In this document: positions 49,601 through 60,795 of the stretch, piece after piece | Layout of the letters: each line of letters starts with the position of its first letter | How positions within the stretch are numbered: the first letter of the stretch is position 1 | NCBI GenBank assembly: GCA_965637545.1 | Contig: OZ281500.1 | Coordinates: forward strand, 310,001 to 374,000 | Direction of reading: 5' to 3' | Length of the DNA stretch: 64,000 nt | Source: Phallusia mammillata | Lineage: Eukaryota | Made by a program: the position numbers and the translations under genes | The notes under the pieces: generated by a model | What the model saw: only the letters and a program-made list of their open reading frames with translations | Told to the model about the DNA's origin: nothing | The model's database searches: none

Positions 49601-52600
49601 TGTGTGTGTTTGTTTGTTCGTGTGTGTTTGTTTGTTCGTGTGTGTGTGTGCAAGAAGTTGGAAAAGGATTTAGGAATTTCAGTTTTACACAAACTTAATC
49701 CGTTTTTTATTGCAAACTCCGCATTGCAGGGTTCAATGGACGACCGTGAGTTATTTGACGACGACGATTCATTGCCGAATGAGAACGGACAGATTTGTGA
49801 GGAAGAATGCGAAGATGCCGGTAAATTCGATAAAATATTTGTAATTTCAAACGTAAAACATTATCAGGACGTTTCGCAACCTTTATTCAAGCAACGAATA
49901 TTTGCTTTTATCCAAAGTTTTGTTCGTTCAACAACTCGCTAATAACGCCCCCCAGTAATTTGTTGTGGTAATGTTAAGTCTTTTTCTTGTACCAGGTCCA
50001 GCTGACCACCCAATCCCGTGTTTCAAGCGAACTTACCTCCAGAAAACTTTCAACGTTTCCGTCGAACTTTTATTTGATACCATATATGGTGCTAACTGTC
50101 CATTTTGGAAAAACCACCTCAGCAAAGAAGCTACTGGTGAGTTGGGTTCAAACTTGTGACACAAATTCGTCGCGAAGGCTGAAAAATATGGGTATTTAGC
50201 TAGGATTTGTTTGACTAATAAGTTTATAAAGCTCTTCTGGCAAATGTTTTTATTCCGACGTTTGTATCGTGCACTGTACTAGTCGCTTGTTATTTACCAC
50301 GATAAAAGCGACCTGTATATAGGACGTCGAAACGTCGGTATTAAAATACATTTGCCAGAAAAGCTTTATAAACTTGATATTATGCCTGGCAGCAACAGCT
50401 TATATATTATTTGACTATTATTGGCAATGTGAAAATGTCGATGTTGAGGTAGACACATGTGAACCTGCACTATATATCCAGCAACATGCAAATCACCCGT
50501 TTGCTTTGGCTTGTTGCAAAATAGTGAAAACAAAACTCTATTTTTCCCACACAAGTTGTGACTTTTAAGAATCACTTGTACACTTCAATTCGTTTTACTT
50601 TGCAGATATTACAGTCGGTCAGTGGAAATGTGACAACTCACAGTACGAGGGGCATCAGGTTCGCGTGCTTGAATATATTTTGATGCTTTCAAATCCGCTC
50701 GGTCCGAAAACTTCGAAAGTCACCGAAACACAGGTGGGTCATTTTTTCCGATTTAAGTTTGTACATTATCGAAACAATTTGGATTTTTAAGTTTGCGTAA
50801 ATACCCACTACAAATGTTGAAACGAAAGGAAATCTGTGCATAATACCCTGCCTGGTGTGACTTGATTTGCAGTTTTGTTCTTAATTAAGCGAGCTCCATG
50901 TGTTTTTTCTCTTTTTTGGTATTTTTTTACGATCTAGACCAGTGTTTCTTAACCTTTTTATCATGGCCAAACCCCTATGATATTCTTCAGCCTTTGGTCA
51001 AAACCCTAACAAGTTACATCCCAGGTTTTAAGCCATTTTGTGCTTTTGACCATACGTTTTGCTGCCAACAAAGATTCGTTGTTTTGCTGGTTACGAACAA
51101 TGCGCACAGTGTTCTTTGTTACGTCAAATAACTTAGAACTCAGTTACAACCTTCCAATGTTTTGCCATCCAGCAAATAAAAATTTCTTTTTTAGGGACTA
51201 TATACAACTATAGTTTGATTAAAACGTTTGCCGGTTTTTTTTACTTCCTTCGTCGAACTCCTGATCCGGTGGTACTGAACTCCTGGGGTTCGATCGAACC
51301 CAAGTTACGAACCACTGATCTAGACATTAAACTTTTTCGCCACTAGGTTTGGTACAAGGAGAGCACCGCTGGATGGAGCTATGGAGTTGATTGCATCGCT
51401 CAAATGCACGGCGTGCCATATTGCGATTATTTCACCACAATCATGAGATACTGCATGAGAAAAATCACCAAAGACTCATGTGAACTCAGGTCAGTTTGAA
51501 CGCGGGTTTTTGTTGCAAATGTCGCAAGTTATGCATGATTTGAATCCTAAATTGAAACCATGCGCAGCATAAATTTGCTTGCTCTGTATTTAGAGGCAGT
51601 TAAACTGTTTAAACTTTCGACAAACTAAAAAGCTAATTTTGCAACGACATGCATGTTATGCAAAAGTTACATAAACTTGCTGCTTTTTGGTGACAAATAA
51701 AATCAGAACAAGGTCTAACGTGGCCATTTGCAACCGCTATTCGTCACAAGCCCAGTAACATGCGATGATGATCGGTGCGCTTTGTTTACGCGAATAATTT
51801 GGCCACACTTAACCATCTGTCTATATATAAGCTATTGCTGCCAGGCATAGTATCAAGTTTAAAGGGCTCTTCTGGCAAATGTCTTCGTCAGGGTTAACCA
51901 TATGTCGTGGCGCATGAGTTTCACAGAACCGGTGACTAAAATTGAAATAAACTTTACCTGCACGAAGTTCTCTTTACATGCAACTTATCAGGCACGTTGT
52001 GGTTTGTGTTGCACTGTATACATCAGTGTGTTGTTTTAGGTTGGAATCTGTTGTAAAGTTTAAATGTTTTTTACATTTCAGGGTTTCTGCCGATATTAAG
52101 TTTAACAAGACGCCGTGGGGATTGGTCAAAAACTTTATTGAGAAGAACGCTTACAGCGGTATCGATGAAAACTTCACTAAACTGGGTAAGCCGCCATCCA
52201 ACATTTGCTGTGCAGTTGTACAGTTTGAATGTTTTGATACAAGCCACATAAACTGCATCTTTTCTTACTTTTTTGCCAAACCAAGCGTTCTGCTAACAGT
52301 TAGTTAGCTGCTAACTCAATAACCATAACGGTTACTGTAATCCAATGTTTGAACTTTTTTATTACACTTTGTAATTCATGCAACAGTAACATAAAAAATA
52401 AAAATAATACAACAACTGTACCGCCATAGGACCGTTTAATGTTGTCAGCCACAATTGTACCGCCATATGATCTTTTAATGTTGTCAGCCACAATTGTACC
52501 GCCATGTGATCCTTTAATGTTGTCAGCCACAATTGTACCGCCATATGATCTTTTAATGTTGTCAGCCACAATTGTACCGCCATGTGATCCTTTAATGTTG

Positions 52601-54478
52601 TCAGCCACAATTGTACCGCCATGTGATCCTTTAATGTTGTCAGCCACAATTGTACCGCCATATGATCTTTTAATGTTGTCAGCCACAATTGTACCGCCAT
52701 GTGATCCTTTAATGTTGTCAGCCACAATTGTACCGCCATGTGATCCTTTAATGTTGTCAGCCACAATTGTACCGCCATAGGATCATTTAATGTTGTCAGC
52801 GACAATTGTACCGCCATAGGATCGTTTAATGTTGTCAGTTCCAATACGTCACCACATGCATTTTCTTATCCCAGGCCCGGAGCTGGAGGAATATTTCGAG
52901 CAACAGAAACGTCATCAACTACGTCAATCGTCAGCTTCCGAACCCGCCATTTGCACTTTCCCACGCCAGCGACTCTCTGTCGCATCTAGTGGCGACAAAA
53001 AGCGTGCTACGAGCGAAGAAATTCTACAACACCAAATTAACCCTGCAACTGGTCAGTGATACTTCATGATCCTAAATCATTGACTTGAAACAAAAGATTA
53101 CAAACAAATTTTCTACACTGCATAGAAGTGGTTTGGATTTAGGAGCGTTATAAATTGTTCATGAACTGTTTTTGTCTAGTTATCACTGATCTCTAACAAT
53201 GTCATTGTTGAAAAATATATGTTAAGAGCGCATGCTGTATTATTCAAACGTTTCGGCAAATGCTCATACTATCATCAGTGATATGAAGGCCACATCAATT
53301 GCATCAGACAAGCATGTCGCTTTTTCCGTCTATTTGGGCCGTTATTTGCACCATTAAACTTTGCATAAGATTTTGTACAAAAGCTGCAAATGAAAACCTC
53401 ATGCCATTTGATGCCGGTATCAACTGATGTAACTTTGCCACAACGCAAGTTAGTCCAGCCTCACATGTTTATTATTGCAGCAGCAAACCAGCACTTAGCG
53501 AACGGTGACGTGCGAACCGGAGCAGCAGGGAACGGCGTTGTCATAGCAGCGCCCTCCACCTCCCCACTTGCCGTGCCGTCACGTGATCACAACAACAACA
53601 ATGGTCACGTGACCAAGCTGTCAGCCAACGACCACTTGACCCGTAGGTGGCGCACCGGAGCAGTGGTGTTTATGTGAGTCAAGATGTGATTTCTATGTTA
53701 TGCTATTCTATTACCTTATGCAAATAGAATTATAAACAAGTTATTAATAAACATAAATATGAAACATACATCACTATTTCACATAAGCTAGTCACATAAG
53801 TCAACACAACAACCACTGAACTTAACATGCTGAGCTCAAGCAAGTTGCCACATGCACAAAATCACTCGAGCATTAAAATCAATCTTGCATAAATAAACAC
53901 AAAATAAATAAATTTAATTGGGGAACAAAGTTAACAATTCTTATGTTAAAATTGACCGTATTTTGTTTCTTGTGCAGATTTTCGTTGTTGATCTTCAGTA
54001 ATTATTCCTTGTATCAGCGGTTGAACTCACTAGAGGAAGTTCACGCATCAAAATCGAGTTTGCAATTTGCAGATGTCGGTCAAACTAAACAACAAAACAG
54101 GTGAAATACACTAGAACCACGTGATCTGTACGACGGTTGTGATTGGCTGATGTTGACATGAGTGCAAAATTATGTCGAGTATTAATCAAATTGCCATTTT
54201 TCCTCCCAGTGTTTACGACATGGTCGATCCGAAACTTTTATCCTCAACCGAACGTTTAAAGTTACTGGAGCGGAGACTTACTAGCCTCGAAACAGCCGTA
54301 GCCGATCACGTGACCGCGGAAGGCGAGCGGTGGCGACACCTAGCGGATAATTGGCGAGAGTTGGACAAAAAGGTTTGTGTCATAATTTTGTTGTTGCAAT
54401 CCGATGTCAATTTAGCCATTGTTTGTGCAGATTGACGTCATTTTGTCAAAACTCGATGAAACCGAAATCACCACGTAA
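28607..54478 (+). CDS. GRAMD1: GRAMD1/Aster: GRAM domain + VASt (StART-like) sterol-transfer domain + TM + C-terminal coiled coil (longest model 23 exons, ~1063 aa)
   Basis: Exons 28607-29166, 34172-34300, 34737-34848, 36144-36207, 37304-37455, 39005-39163, 39275-39295, 45947-46031, 46521-46624, 47595-47774, 48287-48401, 48459-48529, 48838-48966, 49730-49820, 49996-50136, 50606-50733, 51347-51489, 52082-52185, 52875-53051, 53481-53673, 53978-54100, 54210-54372, 54431-54478; all GT-AG and phase-consistent. [59 protein letters not shown]...[13 protein letters not shown]...[10 protein letters not shown] closely matches vertebrate GRAMD1 GRAM domains. HGVPYCDYF and [16 protein letters not shown] match VASt; [21 protein letters not shown]. 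Confidence 0.93.
32559..32773. mobile_element. hAT MITE, 215 bp
   Basis: TIRs cagtggttctcaaact / agtttgagaactactg; perfect 8-bp TSD acgtaagg (32551-32558 and 32774-32781). Confidence 0.92.
33415..33485 (+). CDS. GRAMD1: GRAMD1 alternative first coding exon B ([24 protein letters not shown])
   Basis: ATG at 33415, donor GTGAC|gtaagt in phase 2, the same phase and AC|gtaagt end as the 28607 exon, so it joins exon 34172 in frame. Too short for the ORF track. Confidence 0.65.
44448..45092 (+). CDS. GRAMD1: GRAMD1 alternative first coding exon C (215 aa, Ser/acidic-rich with a polybasic end)
   Basis: Long open frame ending CTCAAG|gtagtt in phase 0, in frame with the GRAM exon at 45947; lies inside the 6.6-kb intron after the SWYN microexon. 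Confidence 0.7.
47324..47377 (+). ncRNA. Type I hammerhead ribozyme, sense strand of a GRAMD1 intron
   Basis: AAGCCGCA CUGAUGA GACC-uuauu-GGUC GAA ACA-augugcac-UGU C UGCAGCUU: all core nucleotides, stem I 7/8 bp, stem II 4 bp, stem III 3 bp, GUC cleavage triplet at 47367-47369. Confidence 0.8.
48117..48141 (-). mobile_element. tRNA-derived SINE-like fragment (B-box core)
   Basis: Reverse complement tgggttcgaatcccaccgcgggcg matches the 4745 and 18551 motifs. Confidence 0.4.
48632..48740 (+). mobile_element. Repeat family C copy (3' half of hammerhead + conserved tail), putative Penelope-like remnant
   Basis: atgagcatttgccgaaacgtttgaacaataaagcatgtcgctttttccgtctatttgggccgttattttcaccattaaacttatgaacagatccgtgt aligns with the reverse complement of 58740-58860. 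Confidence 0.7.
49320..49650. repeat. Compound microsatellite (GT)n / (GTTT)n / TTCGTG, ~330 bp, in a GRAMD1 intron
   Basis: Direct reading; explains the spurious Cys/Val/Phe-rich and Thr/His/Lys-rich ORFs at 49259-49942. Confidence 0.95.
50221..50400. mobile_element. Repeat family D: inverted-repeat structure with a hammerhead 3' half (GTC GAAAC GTC GG); related copy at 51820-51900
   Basis: 50221-50265 is the near reverse complement of 50327-50373. 50345-50400 matches the reverse complement of 51825-51885, which also carries ccCTGACGAagac on the minus strand. Confidence 0.6.
50940..51317. mobile_element. hAT (Charlie-like target) MITE, 378 bp
   Basis: TIRs cagtgtttcttaac / gttacgaaccactg (12/14); perfect TSD atctagac matching the NTCTAGAN target preference of Charlie-type hATs. 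Confidence 0.88.
52413..52838. repeat. Minisatellite, ~11 x 39 bp (caattgtaccgccat(a/g)tgatc(t/c)tttaatgttgtcagcca), in a GRAMD1 intron
   Basis: Contiguous units every 39 bp from 52413 with no spacers; explains the repetitive ORFs at 52300-52844. Confidence 0.95.
53243..53360. mobile_element. Repeat family C copy: hammerhead core on the minus strand followed by a plus-oriented tail segment
   Basis: Minus strand reads atatca CTGATGA tagta-tgagcatt-tgcc GAAAC GTT tga (53243-53296). 53310-53360 is the family tail in the opposite orientation. Confidence 0.65.
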
Positions 54479-56489
54479 CAGCGCCACCTGGAGGCGGTTG
54501 CTGAGGGCAACGTCACAACAATACGAGTTTGAGCGAAACTTGCCACTGAACGTTTCACTTGCTTTTACCCTCTTCTATCGACAAGCATTCCACGATTTTT
54601 ATCCCGTATTCCCAACATTTCCTCTGCTGTGTTTTTATTTATTTATTGTCGCTCACGTTGTGTTTCTGACCCCGAAAAAAACGACGAATTATAATTTTTT
54701 TAACCTTGCAATTGCATTTCACTAGTTTCCTTGTAGGCGATGCAACTATGACGTCATAATCAAGCATGTGATGTCATAATCAAGCATATGACGTCATCGT
54801 GATCATGTTCCGCTTCATTGCGCTCACGGACAATCCCAGCTTTTTGAAGATTCGGATATTTTTGATGAAACTCGACCGGGTTTGAAAATATTCAAACCCG
54901 CTTTACTTCGGTGCTTTTCTACTTGCGCCACTGTATATGTAACATGCGCTCCCGCTATTCATATAATGGAAGGTCTGCAACAGGCGCGCAGTTGTTGCGT
55001 CATATTGCTTCGTGTTCCATTTCTGCATCTGGAAAATTTGGGTGAATTACAACCAAATAATAGAAACTGTTGCTCATTTGTGAAAATGTTGAAAACAAAT
55101 CCAAATTTGACCCAAATTTTAATTCATCTCATTTAAACAAATCAATTCGAAATTTAACCCTGACAAATTAACGTGTCAGTTTATCTCATTTATCGATTCC
55201 CGCCTAAAACCACCGTCAGCGCAGTTGGTGCGAGATTTAAAATCTTCGCCAACAAACGAGCACTTTTTATCCTTTCTCGGTCGGTGCAGATTTGTCTCGC
55301 AATATTTGCTCACAATTACCTAATCCTGTTCGAAGTATGCAATAAGGCCGCCACCATAGGCAAAGGTTGGTCTGTTGTGCTGTTGAAAATCGACTGTTCC
55401 GGCGAGAAGTTGATTTTATTTGCTGAAGTTCCGAAGTTTGTTGGGGCGTTGAGCGATTCTGCTGTGTAATTTGCGCAAATTCGTATTTGATCGTGAGCGT
55501 GGAACGAGCTGTGTGTAGCAAACCCGATATTTTCTTCACCCCAACACCTACTCTATGTTGTCGTGCAATATTTTAAGGATGTTGTTTTTTCGCGGAACCA
55601 GCAACCGGCGCTGTTTGTTGTAGTGAATAAAAATTTAAAATACTTTGTGAAATCTTCGTGTTTGACACCAAAACCTTTTGATCCATAGCAAATTTACTTT
55701 GGTTACAAATCGGTTTCTGGCTGTGTGGCCTCGTTTTCACGATAAATATTATAATGTTATAAAACAGTACAAATCCATGCTGCTCTGTTACACAATTGTA
55801 TGGGAGTAAAACATTTAGGTTCGGTTTGGCATTCCTTATTATTTATTTACATCACAACTTCACTGATATTTCGGTTATGATGCAGCTTAAGCGGCCTCAC
55901 CGATCATGTCGGCAAGCATTAGTTGCAAAATCTTACTGCAGTTGTTCTTAACCTTTTTGGTGGAGTTTTCCCTCAAAGTCAATCACCGAGTTGGAATTTC
56001 TCCCTCTGTCATTTTTGTAAAAATGTTTGGTGCCCTTTATTAACAAATTGGTCTTTATTCGATTGGAAAATACTTTGTGACTAAACAATCAGACGTTAGT
56101 TAGACATTGGAGTAAAACCTGGAACAATAATTTAGGGACCAATGATTAATCCAATTTTCCCCTGCATGTAAATAACTTCATACTGCTGGGAGATTTTCCA
56201 CCGATTATAAGACTACTATTTTAGTAGGTTTTGGGTGGAAGGCCTCCATTCAATTTCCGGATAAAACACAATTTCATCTGTTTGTGTCCCGACCAAACCG
56301 TGCTTCAATCAACAAACTAAAGTAAAAATAAAACAAAAAATTTCTTTTGTGAAACGTTTACGAAACAAGTTTTGTATTTTTCCTTGCAGAGCATGAGAAA
56401 CAAAACTAGTGAAAATATTAAGTTTGCAAATATCGTGCTCCAATTTCTTATTGGTTAGGCAGAGTGCAAGATTGCGGGCACCCTATATA

Positions 56490-56660
56490 TAGTGGTGGGA
56501 TTCAGCCGGTTGCACCGGTTCTATAGAACCGTCTCACGAAGTTCAATGAGATCAGCGAACCGGTTAGCATTACTGGTTACTGTCAATGGACGTTTTGTAA
56601 CAGAACCGGCTTTACTTTTGTAACAGAATCGACTGACAAAAAAATTAAATCCCACCACTG
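56490..56660. mobile_element. hAT MITE family CAGTGGTGGGATT, copy 4
   Basis: TIRs tagtggtgggatt / aatcccaccactg; perfect TSD cctatata. Confidence 0.9.
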
Positions 56661-58739
56661 CCTATATACACATGTGCCGTGCTTACTACAATAATGGAAG
56701 TAATTTAAGAGGTTAGAGTGTTTCAAGTGCCATTAAGTTTAGTAACATTCAAAACCCAGCGCTGTTAGTTGAACATATTGATGTTTCCTCGATAAAGATG
56801 TGATAAAAAGCAGCATGGCGTAATGGCTGGTTAATAATATCTTGCGGTATTAGTTTGGTGTAGTGGCAGAAAAATCGGCCGAACGTTTTTCGGACGGTTG
56901 GATTTATTCTGCCATCATTATAAAAAGATATATTAGCAATTGTTATGATACTTGTCAGACAGTTTTGTTAGTAATCTTCTATACTCAGCAAAGAAGATTG
57001 TTTGTCCAGTATTAAAGAGCTTGGTTGAATATACTAGTAGCGAATAGTAGTATAAGAAACAAGCCGGACAAGGGCATTGGCAAAGTATATTGTCGATGAA
57101 AGTAAACTTTTTTATTTTTTACGATTTGTAAAATAACACAAAAAAATAATACCTCAATGCATTTGTGTTCGTGCCCCTCCTGTCGGTACGTGTAGGGGAA
57201 TTATATTAAATTTCAAGTCAGGCATATTTCAAATATATGTGTGTAAGTATTGCACAATTTTCTCGTTGAAAGCATTTCGACATTCGCTTCGTTCCGTTTA
57301 TGTTTATCTTGTTTAAATCTCATTCATCGTTTTTCCCGGCATTGTGTTTTGACACGCGGCTTTGCTAACCCCGGGATTGCTGACTCAAAAAAACCGCAAA
57401 CTATCGCCGAAGTTCGGTGTGATTCAGACAAAACATCTTATGTTGACTTTCGCGACCATAACACCAGGAAGTCCGGGTACCAATGAAAAGTTCCCAAGTG
57501 AAATATTGATCAATGTATTGCCTTGTGGTTACATCATAATACCAATATTTTATTCAACGACTTCTTACTCTCTTACGATCGTAGATTGGGGATTTGTTGC
57601 TTGCTTCTCCTTTCATCGGCGAAAGTTTGAGATGGATTACCCGATTTTTTTTCGTTTTGTTTGGAAACCTTTTTCATTGTCACGGTCAAAGTCAAAATGT
57701 CGTTGAGGTTTTTCATATAAAGCACAAATGATTGCAAGTTGGCATAAGTTAACTTTGAGAAGGTTTTCGGTTCGGTTTGTGGTAGAAAAAGTAAAAGTGG
57801 CCCGAATTCGCGGACAATTACTTTATTGGTTAGGACAGTGGTTCTCAAACTTTTTTTTATTTAGGTAATTAAGACTAAGTTTGAGTATTACAAGAACTTT
57901 GTATTGTTTGATCAATTTGAAATGCAAATTCCCATGAAAATCGGTCCAGCAACTGAAATATATGACACAGACTTGCAAAAGTTCCTTTCGATACGAATAA
58001 GCCACGCCCAATGTATATGTATTTTATTTGCTGCGTTCTGCAAACAACGTTTATTGCGGTGTAAATCCGCTTGTTAAAGTAAAGTAGAAAATTACTTTGG
58101 AGTAAAACAGTTGTGTACTGAATCGAACTTTGTATTTGAGATTTCTCAACTTTTCTCGCAAAGACAAGATAAGCGTTCTATACACCAATAGTTCCTGGTT
58201 TATCAAAAGTTTGCAAACAGTGAATCTGACACAACTGCTTCATCCCAGGCCCAAATATGTTATCCTTTTGCGGTAGGAGTTTAACCAAAATGAATGAAAA
58301 TCAAATTTATCAACAAGTCAATCCATGTGAAATTGTGTCGCTATGTGTTCTTTTAACAAGCGAAGTAAACTTAACTCAACTCATACGAACGCCACAGAAT
58401 TATGCGGTTGAAACCTAAAATAAAGCCAAAACCAATCTACCGTGACTCGAACGCCCCCGATCCGCGGTGTGACGTCAGATAAATTCCAGAACTGAAGTTT
58501 GAAGCATCGCGCGTTGTGAAGCGTCTGTGGTAACTTAAGAACGGCCCGAGCAGTGAGATAACAAAAACACGTTCATTGAGTGTAGGGTAAGCGCTGTAGT
58601 ACGGATAGCTCAGCTGATTCTACCGTTGCACTGTTTACTATTTGAATACTGGAAGTAAAAGTCAGTTCGCATTGAAGCTTTAGACTTTATTTTTCAGCTA
58701 TTCGGTATTAATATAATTACGACTAATGTGGAAAACTAT

Positions 58740-58897
58740 ACACGGATCTGTTCATAAGTTTAATGATGAAAATAACGGCCCAAATAGACGTAAAAAGCGA
58801 CTTGCTTTATTGTTCAAACGTTTCAGCAAATGCTCAGACCATCATAAGTGATATGAAAGCCACGTCAGTTACGTCTATTTGGGCCGTTATTTTCATC
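58740..58897 (-). mobile_element. Repeat family C copy with a hammerhead-like core flanked by 29-bp perfect inverted repeats
   Basis: gatgaaaataacggcccaaatagacgtaa (~58765) and ttacgtctatttgggccgttattttcatc (~58869) flank a minus-strand atatcaCTTATGAtggtctgagcatttgctGAAACGTTtga (degenerate core). Confidence 0.65.
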
Positions 58898-60591
58898 ACT
58901 ATGTTGTCCCTTTTGAAGTTTAAAGTTTAGTATTTTCGGTGTAGCTCAGGAAAGTCTGAAGGTTTTTCAAATGTACGTCTGAAAAAAGGCTGGTTTAACG
59001 ATTTTTTGTGTCTGAAGCTCGTTTCTCGCTCATGTTTGCATTAGAGAGTCACTATTTAACCAGTAAGGCGTTAACCAGTAACCAGCGTCAGCTTACGCTT
59101 AGTGTGTCTGTCTCACTATATTTGTCTCACTATATTTCTGATCACTTCCCAGTTTGTAAATTACCGTATTCCGTTTTTTCCCCAAGGTCTTTTGTGGAGT
59201 TTCGGCCGCAAAGTTTCAAAGCCGCGATTGCGTTCCAGGCAAAATGACAGAGGGTTTTACTATTCCAGCAGTAAGGCCAGCTACGTTTGGCGCAGCAGCT
59301 TTAAGGTGCAGTTTCATGAGCTGCGGTTATGGGTATTTTGTGCAAATTGACAGACAGGCAGAAATAATGGCTGACGTATCATACGACACTGCTGGGCACA
59401 GGAAACAATGGAGCGGCAATTGATTCGCCAACCTGCACTATTGTACAGTTGAAGTCCACAGTCGTGTGTGTATAGTACAAGTGCACCGGCTGAACTAAGC
59501 TGATCATAAGTTACAGCACAGTAAATTTACATTGCACCTTACTGGTAGTTATCATTGCCTGATTGTAGGTTATGTCCTGTGTTATTGCAAGGCGTAGTAA
59601 TGTGTATGAAGTAGCGCAGTGAACGGTTGCCTTTATGTTCCAGTTATTAGGAACAGATTGATAATGTGCTCGTACAAAAAACGCCCTAAACCAAGAATGC
59701 ACAACTTGGACAATTCCAGATTCAGCAACACAGCTGTGATTTTGTGCGTGCTTAATTCAGCCTGTGTATATTTGATGGTAAATGGCAAATTCATCTGACT
59801 GATTTGTACAGAAAATTATACGGATTTACAAACCACCTGGCAAAGTAGTGTTAAAGTGAGAAGTATGAGAAATATGCTGATCCCTGTGACACAGATCAGC
59901 TGTTAGCTTGGTTATTCGGGCGGAACAGGCACTGTGCGAACACAGACATATGCCGCCAAGTTCAACATGTCGTTTCACATTCGGTCAAGTTCTAGTACAA
60001 TGCGTTGTTATGCGTTTGTGGTAACGGTTGCGTTTATGGTCGTAATGGACACATGTCCCTTTTCCATGCAAATGTAACCGTTATCGAGTAAGAAAATATT
60101 AAAAGTCACTAAGCGGTCATGTAACATTTATTTCGCTTGGTGTAAGAAAATATGGCGACACAATAGCACAAAAACAATCACCAAGCCGGAAATAGCTGCA
60201 ACGATGAAAGGTTATGAAGTGGTGAAAAGCGAAAGCACAATTGGTGTATAGTTGCTATAGAACGTCATGCAGCTACACCGCCATCACAATTAAGTAGGAT
60301 TGACGAGTCATAAATGCAGCACTTCATAATAAGGAAACTGGCTTTAAACGCTCTAACTAGCTTTCATGTTGCATTGGTTTATTTGTACGAAATGTATTGA
60401 AGAAAAAAATCACTTTTCATAAATGTTTTGAGGGCTTTTATCAACGGACGTTTTAATTAAATATCACACTAACTGCGAAATATAATTTTAAACTACGGTT
60501 TCTCAAGAGATTTTACTAAATTTTCCAATGCATTAGTACAACTGCTAGTAAAAGTGTAGATGTTTTAAGTATCGTATTCACAATATTGTGT

Positions 60592-60625
60592 TCATCATTA
60601 AACTTATGAACAGATCCGTATATAG
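60592..60625 (+). repeat. Fragment of the repeat family C tail
   Basis: tcatcattaaacttatgaacagatccgt matches 48710-48735 and the reverse complement of 58742-58770. Confidence 0.6.
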
Positions 60626-60795
60626 TGTTCCAACGTATTCACAATAATTATGCAACAAAATGTAAATATTGGGTTGCAATGTGCGTTGGTGGACAAAAAT
60701 AAATGCTTTTTTCTGAGCTGATATGTATCACACCATTCACATGCTTATTTTTTTCAGATTTCGTTTCAAACTGTTGTAGTTGTATTTTTATTCTG

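Noticed and set aside
49259-49942. Cys/Val-rich and His/Thr-rich ORFs
   Set aside because: They are translations of a GT/GTTT microsatellite; only 49730-49820 is a real exon.
52413-52838. CRISPR-like array, or repeat proteins from ORFs 52300-52844
   Set aside because: Units are contiguous with no unique spacers, the context is a eukaryotic intron with no cas genes, and the ORFs are by-products of a 39-bp unit.
58469-58486. CRE + TATA promoter
   Set aside because: The sequence is TGACGTCAGATAAA (GATA-like), not TATAAA, and CRE sites are ubiquitous here.
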